From Catajapyx aquilonaris (lineage: Eukaryota), in assembly GCA_000934665.2 (NCBI GenBank), contig JYFJ02000917.1:1-64000 (forward strand): a stretch of DNA of 64,000 nt, given 5' to 3'. Made by a program: the position numbers and the translations under genes. A model generated the notes under the pieces. That model searched no databases. It was not told where the DNA came from and saw nothing but the letters and a program-made list of their open reading frames with translations. Shown one piece after another: positions 12,534-27,100 of this stretch (its first letter is position 1; each line of letters starts with the position of its first letter).

Positions 12534-15209
12534 ATGAAGCTCCAATACGGATTTTTGTTCGTCGCAGCCCTAATTCCCTTGATTTATGCCAGATCTATTC
12601 AAGACGTAGACATACCTGGCGCTCCAGAGGGAATTCTCTGTAAGTATATAGGAATGGTCACTACTTATTGAACTTGCAAGTTTTAGAATGTGGACATATG
12701 GACAAATGAGTGCTTCATGGTAGATTTATTTCACTTGACGATTGTATGATGCGAAATTTTAATAAGAAAAACTTTATAACATTGTCTTAGATATGCCCCA
12801 AGATATGTTAAGAAATCTTCACGTCAAACCCTCCTATTATTTTCCTTAGATTGTCACCTATACCACCATGTGGAAATGGAAATGTTCTTAACTCAGTTTC
12901 GACCAAAATGTGATTGATTGTTCTGAAAAGGAAATATTAATTTAATTCACCATTATTTTGCTCTCTTCCATGTTATACAGGCGGCGGAACAGTCCCCAAA
13001 GGCGGCGGTCCAGCTGCATCCAAGTGCTACGGAAAGCTCGGATGTGTGAACTTCACCGACGAGTGGTTCAACGTCCCTTACAGGCCTTGGAACTTTTTCC
13101 CCTTGGAGCGTGCTGATGTGAACACAAACTTCTTGCTGTTCACAAGAGACGGTCCAGCCGATGTAAGAGTCCGCACCTCATGCTTCTATTTTTTTAAAGT
13201 GAACAAACCGTAACGAAACGAAATCCAAAATATTTTAGGGAGAAGCTGTAACTGCAGACGAACCGGCCACCATCAAAACCTCTCACTTCAACGCGAAAGA
13301 CCCGATTGTCTTCATTGTCCACGGATTCATCGACGATGGGAACACTCCATGGCTTAAGGTAAATTTATTACTACAATTATTATTATTAGACTTGAACGTC
13401 TAACACTACTGATAATGTTTCACAGCAATTGGCTAAGGCCATAATAACTTATCACGGTCCAGCAAATGTGTTCCGAGTTGACTGGGGAGCCGGATCATAC
13501 CCGCCATACTTCTGCGCTGTGGCCAACACCAGATTGGTCGGCCTGGAGATGGGATACTTTGCCAACGTCCTCATTGTGAGTTCAGCAAATTTATAATAAT
13601 TACAAACACTTGACTTACACTTGCTGCCGTTTCACTCCAGAGTCAATTTGGAGCTACTCCTGATCAGATGCATGTAATTGGACACAGTTTGGGAGCCCAC
13701 GTTGCGGCATACACCGCCGACCTAGTTCCAGGAAAGAAACTCGGAATGGCTACAGGTACTAAGACACTAAACTGTGATCCGGTTTCTGTTAGATTGGTAA
13801 AAAAAAATTGTGGTTTTTTTCGACAGGTCTGGATCCCGCTGGTCCTTATTACCACGAAATGCCTCGATCTGTCAGGCTTGATTACACCGACGCACACTTC
13901 GTCCAGGCCATTCACACCGACTCATCTCCTATTTGGACTGTTGGTAAGTTTGATCTGCGTTTGAAAATTACTTCGCATTACTTCGATCTAAAAACAAAAT
14001 TAAACATGTTTATTTGTCCTCTAAGCTCTGGGTATGAAGGATCCATCCGGCCATGTGGATTTCTTCCCAAACAACGGGCAGTATCAACCTGGCTGCAAGT
14101 CCTGGAACATTCCAGTAATTGACATTACCAAGGGGCTTATTCCGGCATTCCGAGCCACATTTGCATGCAGTCATTTGCGCTCGATTGCTCTCTACCAAGA
14201 CGCCTTCGTCACTGGCTGCCCATACGTTGGATACGAATGCACAGATTACGCCACATTTACGAATGTAAGTGGAAAGTATTATCCAGTCATACAGTTAGTG
14301 TTATAATTTAAATTTAATTTTAGGGACAATGCTTCGATTGCGGATCTGACAACACCCACTGCGCAGAGATGGGCTGGGAAGCAGCAAATTTTGGCAAAAC
14401 AGGTCGTAAGGAGGTCGCCATGTACTTCGAAACTGGGAAGGACGCTTCATACAGCAGTATGTACAAAATTCGATACTTTTTCATATACAATTGATGACAA
14501 ACAGCTTCAAATGACTAATTTGACCTTTTCAGAGTATCACTACCACGTGAGGGTTACCCTGGCCCAACCAAGCAATGCTTACAAATGGCTTCGAGGAACC
14601 CTCTCTCTGTCCTCTCTTCAGGGAAGTCTCCGGAAAATCAGCGACATACTAATCACACAGTAAGTGATCCCATCATTTTATGGCATATATTAGCCGAAGA
14701 AAATGTAGAAAAGCACTAAACCGAATTTTGTTTTGATCAGGTCGAAGGAGAAGTTCTACCACGGTCAGTCCTACGATTTCCTGTGGGTGACGGACATGAA
14801 CGCAGGCCAGATCAGCTCAGTGGATCTTGAGTGGGACTGGGAGCGGGACACTCTGGACCCCTGCGTCCCTATCTTATGCAACTCACATCTCTACGTTGCA
14901 AGTGTGGACGTTTCCATCCTCAACCACTATCCTGAATCGTAAGCATCACTTATTATGTACTATGCGATTTCTACTCAAAAAGTAGGAAGAAGTGCGGGCG
15001 GAAGAAACTCCGTTCACACTGAAATCTTGCAGCAGACATTCCTTATTTTAATTGCATGTTGTATAAATCAGTTAGAGCTAGAGCTTGACAAATGCAATTC
15101 ATTTCTTTGTAGCAACCTGGAGAAGTTCACTTCTCACTTGAAACCTGCTGATGGCTCAACTTACGCCGGAATCAGCAGTGGAGACACCGGATCATTCTCT
15201 AAGTCTTAA
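12534..15209 (+). CDS. Pancreatic lipase-like protein, copy 3 (11 exons)
   Basis: Signal peptide [23 protein letters not shown] at 12473; GHSLGAH, GLDPAGP, ACSHLRS; stop 15207-15209. Confidence 0.93.
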
Positions 15210-16870
15210 ACCCACACTACCACCTTAATGTGCTAGAAAAGCTCATTGGTCACAAAGTGAGCTTTTACTACGCGCAGTACTTGTGGCAATAAGTTAAACT
15301 GACAAGACATACCAATAACATTTTGACTTCGCTTTTTGAATCATATACTTGGACCCTTTTGAAAAACAATTGCACGTAATTTTATTGAATCTTAAATATA
15401 AATACTGAATTGAAGTGCTGTAATAAGACGAATGAAACTGATTGTACAGTAATATTGTTTGATATTGAAATGACGCGCCTGACTCTAGTGCTGTCACAAC
15501 AGTATTCTACATAATTCCTTCGTTACATTTTAGTATACTACTAATTATTGCCAATGTGCCACAAAAAATCCTTGTCATGTTCCAAGAAGTTGAATGTCGA
15601 TGTCCTCGGTGTTCATCGGGAATGTACAGTGTATTTAGATGTTATAAAGTGATAGAAGCAAATGTAAATACGTTTTTTCTATAATAAACGTCATCAATCC
15701 CAAGTAAACAAACGATTATTTTTGCACTACCGGTTATAGTATTTCTGCTAGACACTCTGCCTTTCAGAGGTCTATCATTTAAATGTTTGGAAAATTATTT
15801 TTACAGCTACGCTTTAGATGTTTATTATGAAAAGGTATTGGAGGGTGCGAGGAGTTGTAAGCAGTAAGCTAGAGGAGAAATGACTAGGAATGATACCATG
15901 GCATCAATACCGGTAAAATTTTCAGGTCAATGCCAAACAGTGACACTGGAGCTCTCTGTCACTATACATGAAAAACCATAATCTAAAATCAAAGGTATGG
16001 AAAAGTCCTGATCGAGGCTCTGGTATAGTGTCGAGGGTAAGGTTAAAAATAATATTAAATATGGACCTATGAGAAAAATGACTATATAAAGGATGGAGAG
16101 GTGGTAAATGTACAAAAGGACAGGCAAAAAGGTATGGATCCATATGGGAAAATGTCGTTCCTCCGTTGGACAAAGAAGACTCTAACAACAGCTCTGTTGT
16201 TCAAAAGAAGAATTTAGTTGTTAATGTTACATGTGTTCTTGATAGATGAAGCAATAGCGAATACATTGATATGGGCGTCGCGTCGTGAAGAACTGAAACT
16301 TTCTTTTTAACTCTACAACTGGCAAAAATACTTGCATGCGAGAAAATTATCATTTTCTTTGCAACGCAAACATACAGTACTAAAACAGTGTCGTTGTGCT
16401 AGTTTCCATAACATTCACTAAAAATTAGATTGGTTCTTGATGATGGAAATAGTCTGTTCATCTGCTTCCGTTAGGATGTTCTCATTGTAAATACGTAAAG
16501 TTCATTACCGGTATATATAAAATATTTTTAAAATGGTACTACACCAGTCCTCCTCTATGACAGAGAGCTCCAATGATCTTTTTTTTTGGCCTTGACATTA
16601 AAATTTCTTTTATAATCTCAAGGTCACCAGCAAACCAGATCTGATAGGCGCGAATAAAAAGGTATAGAGAAAAAATAATAGCACACCGAATAATGTATAA
16701 TCTACCAATAGAGTATGGAGCATGGATCATTTAAATACCACCAGGATCTATAATTTCAATGACTTGCTAAATAACCGCATAAGAGATAGTGAAAAGGAAC
16801 AACCCATTTGCTATCACGATGATAGTGCAAGAAAATATAAGTGCCTGGGAGCGACATACGCACACCACTG

Positions 16871-16933
16871 TTATCAAGTTTACCTTTGATCACTCTGGAT
16901 CCTTTGCCATACTATTGATAAACAGTATATAAG
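16871..16933 (+). promoter_or_regulatory. Core promoter of lipase 4: GATA sites, ACCTTTG motif and TATA box
   Basis: TTATCA 16871, ACCTTTG 16882, TGATAA ~16916, TATATAAG 16926; a similar layout recurs before other copies. Confidence 0.5.
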
Positions 16934-16985
16934 TGTACTACTAGGTCTCAATCGTTCCTTTAAGCTGCTACATCAGCAAGTCAAG

Positions 16986-19376
16986 ATGAAGATCAGACTT
17001 ACTATTATCCTGGCTGTAGCCCTCGTCCAGCTGATTTCGGCTAGGACTATTCCAGAGGGTGAAAAGGCATTGCCTTTGTGTGAGTATAATACCTTACAGT
17101 ATAGCCTACCTGTAAATTATCATATACAAAAAAGTGTTACATTTTGCTATATGTAATCAGGTGGAATCGGCTCATCCAAATGTTTTGGAAAGCTTGGCTG
17201 CGTGAACATCACCGATGAATGGAAGAGCATCTATAGGCCAATCAATCTCCTGCCATTTGATCGCGAAGTTCTCAACACCAATTTCTTACTCTACACAAGA
17301 GATGGCCCAGAAAGTGTAAGGACACGAAATTTAAATATCCTGCCTTATATACAGTATCCAGAAATCCAGTAGTAGATTCTGTATTTTCATGGACCGAAAT
17401 TAAAAATTTTAATAATAACAGGGAGAAGCTGTAACAGCAGACCAACCAACTACAATCAAACTATCTCACTTCAATGCCAAACACCCAATCGTATTCATAG
17501 TCCACGGATTCATCGATGATGGAAACACCGCTTGGTTGAAGGTACGATAAGTTTCCTTCGAAGTAAATATCCGCATTGTAATCCAACTTTATATCTGATA
17601 TAACATTTAAAAAAAAAATCTGACAGCAATTGGCAGAAGCCATAATAACCTACCAGGGCCCTGCAAATGTGTTCCGAGTGGACTGGGGTGCAGGATCTTA
17701 CCCTCCTTACTCATGTGCTGTGGCCAACACCAGATTGGTCGGTTTGGAGATGGGATTTTTCGCCAACACCCTTATTGTAAGCTTTTTAAACTCAAATGTA
17801 CCACTTGCAAAAAGCCCAATTTCATCTGACGATTTCTTATGTTAGAATCAATTTGGAGCCACACCAGATCAGATGCACGTGATTGGACACAGTTTGGGCG
17901 CACACATTGCTGGATACGCAGCAGAACAAGTTCCAGGAAAGAAACTCGGAATGGTGACAGGTACGGTTGAATCCGAATGATATTAAAACAGTGATTTCAG
18001 TTGCTCATAATACATATTAAATAATAAAAACATTTGGACATCAGGACTCGACCCTGCCGGACCTTTCTTCCATACCATGCCTCGGGTTGTACGACTTGAT
18101 TACACCGACGCACACTTCGTACAGGCCATTCACACCGATTCATCTCCCATTTGGACTATTGGTAAGTTAGAACTATGTTTAAAAATAACTTGGCATTACG
18201 TCGCTTTAAAATGACAAAATAAAACATGTTTCTTTGTCTCCTTAAGGTCTGGGTATGAAGGACCCATCCGGACATGTGGATTTCTTCCCAAACAACGGGC
18301 AGTATCAACCTGGCTGCAAGTCCTGGAACATTCCAGTAATTGACATCACCAAGGGGCTTATTCCTGCATTCAGAAACACATTTGCATGCAGTCATTTGCG
18401 CTCGATTGCTTATTACATGGACACTTTCGTCACTGGATGCCCATATGTTGGATACGAATGCACAGATTACGACACCTTTAAAAATGTACGTTATAAATCT
18501 GTATTTCAAAAGATGCAAATTTTGAAGGGGTATTTTTGACAATTTCAGGGCAGATGCTTCGATTGCGGGAAGGACAACACACACTGCGCAGAGATGGGCT
18601 GGAAATCAGCAGATTTTGGCAAAACAGGTCGTAAGGAGGTGGCCATGTACTTCGAAACTGGGAAGGACGCTTCATACAGCAGTATGTATCAAATGAGATG
18701 TAACCCACAAAATATTTGCAAATCACATTTTGAACTGAACAATATTTTCCCTGTTTCAGAGTACCATTACCACGTGCGAGTAACTCTGGCCAATCCAAGC
18801 AAGGCTCACGAATGGCTCCGAGGAACACTCACTCTCTCAACTCTTCAGGGAAGTCTCAGGAAAATCAGCGACGTACTCGTTACACCGTGAGTGAAACACA
18901 TCTTACGACCCTAAAATTTCTAATGATGATTGTACTAATGAATTTCTGATGTACAGATCGAAGGTGAAGTTTTACCACGGTCAGTCCTACGATTTCCTGT
19001 GGGTGACAGACTTGAATGCTGGACAGATCAAGTCTGTTGATCTTGAGTGGGATTACAGTAGAAACATGTTAGACCCCATCTGCATCGCTCCATTCTGCAG
19101 CAACCACCTTTTTGTTGAAAGTGTGGACGTTTCCATTCTTAACCACTATCCTGAATCGTACGTACAGTATTACGACTGCGTCTCTCTTTGTCTGTCATTA
19201 CTGTTCTATGCAATATATCATCCTATAAGGTTATTTCACGGTTACATCGTGTAATTAATTTGTCATTCTTTTTTTACAGAGAGCTGCAAAAGTTCACTAC
19301 TCACCTGACCTCTGCTGATGGATCAACTTATGCTGATATTAGTAACGGAGACTCAGAATCATTCTCGAAAGCGTAA
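16986..19376 (+). CDS. Pancreatic lipase-like protein, copy 4 (11 exons)
   Basis: Signal peptide [19 protein letters not shown]; triad motifs intact; stop at 19376. Confidence 0.93.
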
Positions 19377-20625
19377 CATCCTTGTATTTTCCTAAGATCA
19401 TGCGACATGAACCCGCATGCAACTCTCACAGTGCATAAATTATTATTGATCAGTAATAATGTATGCATGTATGCATTTATGTTATTCCAATGGAAGTACA
19501 GAATAATCCTGTCGTGTAACAGGACATGTTAATAAACTATGTTTAAATGCATTACGGTATATTTTTAATGATTATTATTTATCATTTTCCCTGATATAAT
19601 GAAGCTGGATGTAAAGAATGATCCTGAAGGAGGACATAATCTATTTTGAAGACCATAATAACATCTCTTGTTGAAACCATTACATTGGGGTTTGCTTGGA
19701 TAATCGAGATGGTGAAAAATACGTTACCGGTACCTCTGCAGTCACACAATGCAAATTATTGTGGACACAGGAAAGAACGCAATTTTAGCCTCATTGCGCC
19801 ACAATTAGTCTAAAAGAGTTCACATCCCTTCAATATGTTTCTCATATAGAAGTTATTGGCAGAAAATGGAAAATCTTTATAGACAATAAAGGACAGTGCT
19901 AAATGCGGTATATTCAATACGTCATTATTTCTTTGGAATTTGAGCTACTCAAGCGTTCAGTTGCACTTATGAGAGAGGGATTCACGGATACTAGGGACAT
20001 CAATAATTTCCTAATATTTAAATAGAATTACCTCCTATCATAATCATCGCATCGTAAGCTTTAGTCATCAGATCATCAGTATACGGCAGATTCAGTAGCC
20101 AAAACCAATATGCTGCGCATTATTGACGGATAACTGAAGTTGGCCATTATCAGATTATCTTTATCAATGATTGACACAGTCCGCACAATCTTCAGTATGA
20201 AATCTGACAGTGAGAAAGACTAGGAGTACTTTAACTGCCAAGTAAACTTGCTTTTGCAATAACAGCTCCTCATCAACCTTCAAATGTCAGTGAGTGTACC
20301 CATAGTGCACTAAGAACATACTGATTTAATCGCTATTTTTTAGACATTTTAATTTTTTGCATTACGTCAATTAGACTGATAATAGTGACAATGATCATGA
20401 CAAGGAAGCATATTTTAAATGCTGTACAAATAACATCTTGTTGTACCTGTCGCAATCGATCCTGTGTCGATAATGTGAAATTGCGATAATCGGTTTTGCT
20501 TTATTGCACTATCAGTGTTATCAAGGTCACTTTTTTGCCAAATCGTTGCCATTCCTCGTCCACGACAGCTTCCAACTGTTTATAAGACGCAGAACAGGTG
20601 TCGCTGCTACTTCACTCAATCCAAA

Positions 20626-22932
20626 ATGACGCTAGCCATTAGTCTTCTGTTGTCTGCACTTTTCCTGCATTCGGTCGTGACAGAGTCAATTGAGGTTGAC
20701 AATGGCTTACCAATTTGTAAGTAGTTTAATGATACTCATTGTCACAATAATGCGCAACACACACCGTGGTGTCTTTACAGGTTCAACCGGAAAGTCCAAA
20801 TGTTTTGGAGAGCTAGGATGTGTAAACTACACCGATGAGTGGTACAATATCCCTTACAGACCAATGAACCTCCTGCCATGGGATCGAGAACTTCTCAACA
20901 CCAATTTTTTACTGTTTACCAAATATGGTCCCGATAATGTAATATTGTCCGTATTTTGACAAAAAGTATGCATATTATTTGGCTAACATTTTCCAGGGCG
21001 AAGTCGTCACAGCCGATGAGCCAGGAAGTATCAGAATATCCAGCTTCGACGTCAAGAATCCAATCATGTTTGTAGTCCACGGATTTATTGACGACGGCAA
21101 GACACCCTGGGTGAAGGTAATGTACCTAACTTCATCGCCAAATTGAAGTGCAACAACCATCACTTATTCTCTCCTAATGCAGCAACTGATTGATACCATA
21201 TTGGACTACCAAGGCCCAACAAACGTGATTCGAGTTGACTGGGGAGCAGGCTCTTATCCTCCTTACCTATGCGCTGCTTCAAACGCAAGATTGGTCGGAT
21301 TGGAAGTCGGATTCTTCGCTAATGTTCTGATTGTACGTATCCATGTGTCATATTAGTATAGAAAAATATACATTGCTAATATTTTCAGGATCAATTTGGT
21401 GCAAAACCAGATGGCATTCATGTGATTGGACACAGTTTAGGAGCTCATATTGCAGGTTACGCTGCTGAGATGATTCCTGGTAAACAGCTGGGAATGGTGA
21501 TAGGTACAGCGGTCTTATTTTGTTAAAACAAGTCCCGATATCATTCAATTAATGTACTGTAATACCTACATAAATCCTACCATAGGTTTGGATCCGGCTG
21601 GTCCTTACTACCACAAGATGCCTCCGGTGGTTCGTCTGGACCCAACAGATGCCAAATTTGTTCAAGTCATTCACACAGACGGATCTCCCATCTGGACACT
21701 TGGTAAATGCCCCTTAATAAATTATTTGGCTTTAACAATAAGCTTACCAGGGGTTTAATTTCAGGCTTTGGAATGATGGATCGCTTGGGACACGTGGATT
21801 TCTATCCAAACGATGGGCAGCATCAGCCTGGATGTGAGATTAGCAACATTCCGATTTTTGACATCACCAAGGGTCTTATTCCTGCATTCAAGTACGCATT
21901 CTCATGCAGTCATTTGCGATCCATATTTCTGTACATGGACACTTTTCTGACTGGAATCCCTTACGTTGGCTACGAGTGCAACGATTACGACACTTTCCTT
22001 CAGGTATGTTGCTGGGCTTTTTTTTAGTGATTACTTGAATAATATTGGACACAACACGTAGGGAAAATGCTTCGATTGCGGAGAGAACAACACTCATTGC
22101 GTACAGATGGGCTTGAAGGCTGAAGAGTTTGCCAAAACAGGACGTAAAGAAGTCCCATTGTACTTCACAACTGGAGCGTCCGCTCCCTACAGTAGTAAGG
22201 AAATTGCTACACTACAATATTTTTTATTTTATTTATTTATTTATTTCATACCCCGTAAGCAGGGAATGGCCCGCTACACTACAATATTAAAACTGGATGA
22301 CTGAAAATTACACTTACTGAAAATGACAAAGTCTGAATGATTTCAGAATATGAATATCATGTGAGGGTTACATTGGCCAAGCCCAGTGATGCTAGTGATT
22401 GGATTAGAGGACTGCTCACTTTCTCAGCCATTAATGGAAGTCTCAGGGTAATGAATGATATACCAATAACAGAGTAAGTTTAATTGAATAATAACTGGCA
22501 AAAGAACACATTTCCTAACTCCTAATTTAATTGTGGTTTCTGGTTCAAGGTACAAGGAGAAGTTTTACCACGGAAAATTCTATGACTTCCTTTTGGTGTC
22601 CGACCTGAACCCAGGACAGGTCAAGTCGATTGACCTTCAGTGGAATTACAAACGTGGAATGTTTGATCGCCCCTGCATTTCCCCCTTTTGCGACAACCAT
22701 CTCTATGTAGAGAGTGTGGATTTCTCTATCCTCAATCACTATCCTGAATCGTAAGTTTTATTCTGCCATTCAAGTCTGTGTATGGATTAACTGTAAAGGA
22801 CATGGATTTATTTATTTAATTTTTTCTAATTGCAGAGAGCTGAAGAAGTTCATTTCCCATCTGGTCCCCGCTGATGGTTCTGCATATGCTGATATTTGCA
22901 ACAAGGGCGTGAAAGGATTTACAAAATCTTAA
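20626..22932 (+). CDS. Pancreatic lipase-like protein, copy 5 (11 exons)
   Basis: Signal peptide [40 protein letters not shown]; stop at 22932. Confidence 0.93.
22222..22272 (-). mobile_element. Short 5'-truncated non-LTR retroposon end with (TAAA)n tail in an intron of lipase 5
   Basis: Perfect 16-bp target-site duplication GCTACACTACAATATT at 22206-22221 and 22273-22288. Confidence 0.75.
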
Positions 22933-24185
22933 CATAGACTTGTGCAGTATTATAACTGACATTGTGCTAGCTACCTTATGTTGCATTGACAATTTCATCC
23001 ACAAGTTTCACTCTCAAATAACTGTAACGAAAAGTAATAAATGGCATCCTTGCTCTGTTCGCCTAAGTAATTCATATAAAGAATTTAAATATTGGGTGCC
23101 TTTTTCATTTACAGACGCAATTAAATTATTAGATGTTCCAGCTCTTTGTTCCATTGCATTTCTTATACTGTTATAACTCCGGTTATTACAAGCATGAAAT
23201 GATTATGTTGCCTTTGCTTCTACGTCACTTACGACTATTATTAGGGCACCATTAGTAATGAAGTTACCATTTGAAGTTTGAAAGTAATTGATTAAATACG
23301 TATGAAACTGATGTTTGCTGCATACGCATTGGGCAAGACCAGTCCATACAAATATCACACCTTCCAGTTAAAGAGAAAGTATTAATCTGCTTCCACAAAA
23401 TAATATATTCAAGACATTCTTTTAGAGTCATCAATTGTTTCGTGAGTAAATCCACAGTCTGAATACGGCAAAAATGGTGTTCCATTAGAATTAAGAGTAC
23501 AATAACAACCTCTTGATAAGAAGTAAATAAAAATAATAATCTTCCCTACAAATTAAAAAAAATTGTGCAAAACTATTTCTGGGTACAACACTTTGGGTTT
23601 AGGGGAACATGGCCAGCAGTTCTTTCTACACTATTGTTTTGAAGACCAATATAATTATCGTGGGCATAAAAAATAAATCCGCTATTTAAGTCCAAAAAGC
23701 AGTTTCGAGGTAATCCAAAGCCAAGATTTGACCTTGAACTTGCTTACATGGACGTGAACTTACATAACTTGCATACTGTACTCTAGAAATTGCAAGTCTA
23801 CTGGGATTAACATAGTTATTTGATAGGCTGTTGCAATTGAAGAATATATAAGGAACTGATGATACTTATTTAACTTAAGTAATATTAAATAGTGCATTTG
23901 TTGAGTAACGATTTAACATGTGTAAGCATCTCTAATTTGGTTTAAAATTAATATTGCTTTGTGCTTTCTGCGTGTGTGCAGAAAGAAGGGAACAAATATC
24001 CTATTTAGCCCTACAATCCCCCAGAACACGCACTGTATAGATGGGTATTTATTATCAGTAGTTTAGTAGGTATCATTGTCTCCTTTCTTGCCCCTTATCA
24101 GATAACAATCTAGGTTCACCTTTGAAGATCAAACACACTGCAACTAGGCTGACTGTTCACCCGATGTAATTCGCAAGACTCCTGC

Positions 24186-27100
24186 ATGTCAACAGCAATG
24201 TTGTTGGCAGAGATAATTCCAAGTGGAATAATTCGACTCCTCAGCCTAAAATGGAAGCTTCTACTCATACCCGTTATAGCCATTGTAGCCCTCATGTGCT
24301 ACATTCTCTTGGCTATTTTCTACACATCTTGGCTCACTGAGATGTCCCTAGGTAAGTCAAATCTTTGGGCTGGATTATCGCGAAACTGTTTGTTTTACTT
24401 GTAGGATTTTTCCTGCATATATCGACAGTGAACTTGTAATGTTTAATTAATACTTAAAAACCGATAAACCTATCTGATTTTCCAACAGGTTTTCGACCAA
24501 TGACGAAGTGCTACGAGAATCTAGGATGCGTTAACATCACCAAGGACTGGTACCATCCTTTACACAGGCCTTTCAATGCTCTACCTCAAGACCGAAAAAT
24601 TGTCAACACCACCTTCGTTCTTTTTACCAAAGATGGACCAGAAAAAGTAAGCATTAAAAATAACTGTCCTAATATTCATGCATGTAAATTATTTCAACAT
24701 TATTTTTGCTATTTACCTCAGGGGGAATACGTGACAGCTGACGATCCGCGAACGATTTCTGGTTCTAGTTTTAATGCAGTTAACCACGTCGTGTTTGCCA
24801 CACACGGATTTATGGACAATGGATATACTCCATGGCTGAAGGTACGTGGTCCTTCGGTAAATTATGCCTTACTTCAGTTAATTTAAAGTATAGCGTGAGA
24901 GAGTGTGAATCCTTTTGGGTCTAGAAATTAGCAAAGGCCATTCTCTACCACCAAGGACCGTCCAATGTCTTCATTGTCGACTGGGGAGGAGGATCATTTC
25001 CTCCTTACACAGTGGCTGCAGCAAATGCGCGATTAGTTGGATTGGAAATAGCCTTCGTGGGAAAGACTTTGATTGTAAGACAAAGCATGTGAAAGATGCA
25101 CTTTCCCCAAACTGACGACTTTGTTGTTTCAGAACGATTTTGGAGCTAAGGCTGAGCACATGCACATTATTGGCCACAGCTTGGGAGCTCACATTGCTAG
25201 CTACGCTGCTGAGCAAATACCTGAGCTTGGAATTATTACTGGTAAATATATCCTATCTTATACATATTTCACAACGTACGTTCATGCACATGCAATATGC
25301 TCCATGTTACAGTTATGCCAACATTGTATAGCCATAATTATTGCGAAGGTATAACTACCAAATCAATGAGTTACTCCTATGGAATAGTGTTTCATAATCA
25401 GAGCAACGCCGGGTATCCTCTAGTACCCTATAATATGTTTTCCGGAATGAATTTATTTACTCTACTTTGCTGATTATAACATTACGCCCCTATACTTAGG
25501 GTTAACTAAATATTGATTTGATGTTGATAACGTCCCAAAAGTAAGTGCTGAAAATATTCGGTGGCAAAAGTTGCTATTTGAAACAGATACCCTTTTTCGG
25601 CGTAGCAAGGTTCTCAAGTTAGGGGCGGGGAGCAAGCACATTTAAAAAACGCGCACGGACACACCCATTTTTAACCTATTACACATTTGTATTTTAGGTA
25701 TAAAATCAAATTGCAAAGCTCTTTATTTAATACCGGTACAGTATACTATTATGATATTATTATCACCTAGAGCCCCCTCTACCATCTCCAAATGCTAAGG
25801 CCCCTTGTATAATTATAGATCAAATTTCAATGTGGACAATGTCATTTTGGCATTATTGCGGTCAGTAGTTGTGACCTCTGACATTTTCCCTGCTTGTCGA
25901 TCACAACGTGTCCTGCAAGTGCAATTTATACGGCCATTCCTATTCTCGAATGTCTGGATACGCTAATGGAGCACATGAAGAGGCTTCGCGGAGCACAGTT
26001 CGGTAACCGCTGGGCTAATGTAATAATTGATAAAACAACTCGAAAAGAATGTAACTGACCTGCACTGCACTCTCTTCCGCGCCATGCAGTTTTTTTCCCC
26101 AAATAGAAGAGCTGTTAGACTCTGTATCCGCAACTGTCCTAAACATCCCGAGTTCACACCCAACCATTGACCCAACCTGAATCTAAAAAGGCGCATTTCA
26201 TTTATTTTACCACCAGAGTTCTTTTATGATGACTACCCTAATCTGTCAAGTGTCACAGCCAGACGAAGTCCTGGCCGGTTCATTTGACCAGCACGGATCA
26301 AATTGCACAGCTCAGCTGCCTGAGTGCTCCTGCAGGTCCCAGCCTCCCCAGACGGAAAACTATCCCAACCTTCTAAGGAGGGCGAAACAATGTAACTCAA
26401 AGCCCACCCTTCTAAGAAGATCCAATTGAAAAAAGGCTCTTTTGGAGGCAGCTGTAGTGGCGTGAAACGCTGAGAGTTAAATGTGTTTAGAAGTCATGTT
26501 ACAACTGAAACATAATGAACTGCGTTGAGTGCGTTCAATAAGCCATCTACCACCCCCATAATAATTATACGCGTCTTCTGATGGAATCACCCTAAAAGCT
26601 TGTTTGGTAACAAGTAACCGTTAATGTTCAAATAATATTATTCATGCTTTTAATGCATATTTTATTTTGGGCAGGTCTTGATCCAGCAGGCCCTTTCTAC
26701 TATGACATGCCTTCCGTAACGCGTTTGGATCCTAGTGACGCCAAATTTGTGCAGGTGATTCACACCGACAGTACCTCCATATTAAAGTTAGGTAATGAGT
26801 AATAATCCGTATTATTGACACCATTCTGGAGAGAGCAAGTAGTATTGAAAAATAATGCTGATCTATTTCCAGGGTACGGCTTGAAAGACCGCTGCGGACA
26901 TGTTGACTTTTATCCTAACAATGGGAAGAGACAGCCCGGATGTGGAGTGTCATCTATAATGGCAACCTTCAACACGGAAGGTTTATATGCAGCAGGTCGT
27001 AAGTTACTTGCTTGCAGCCATGACCGAGCCATCGACCTTTTCATGGAGTCACTCTCACCTGATTCTTCCTTTGTTGGTTACGAATGTCCTGATTACGAGA

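Noticed and set aside
15880..16200. Purine-rich stretch resembling decayed coding or transposon sequence
   Set aside because: Interrupted frames and no identifiable domain or termini
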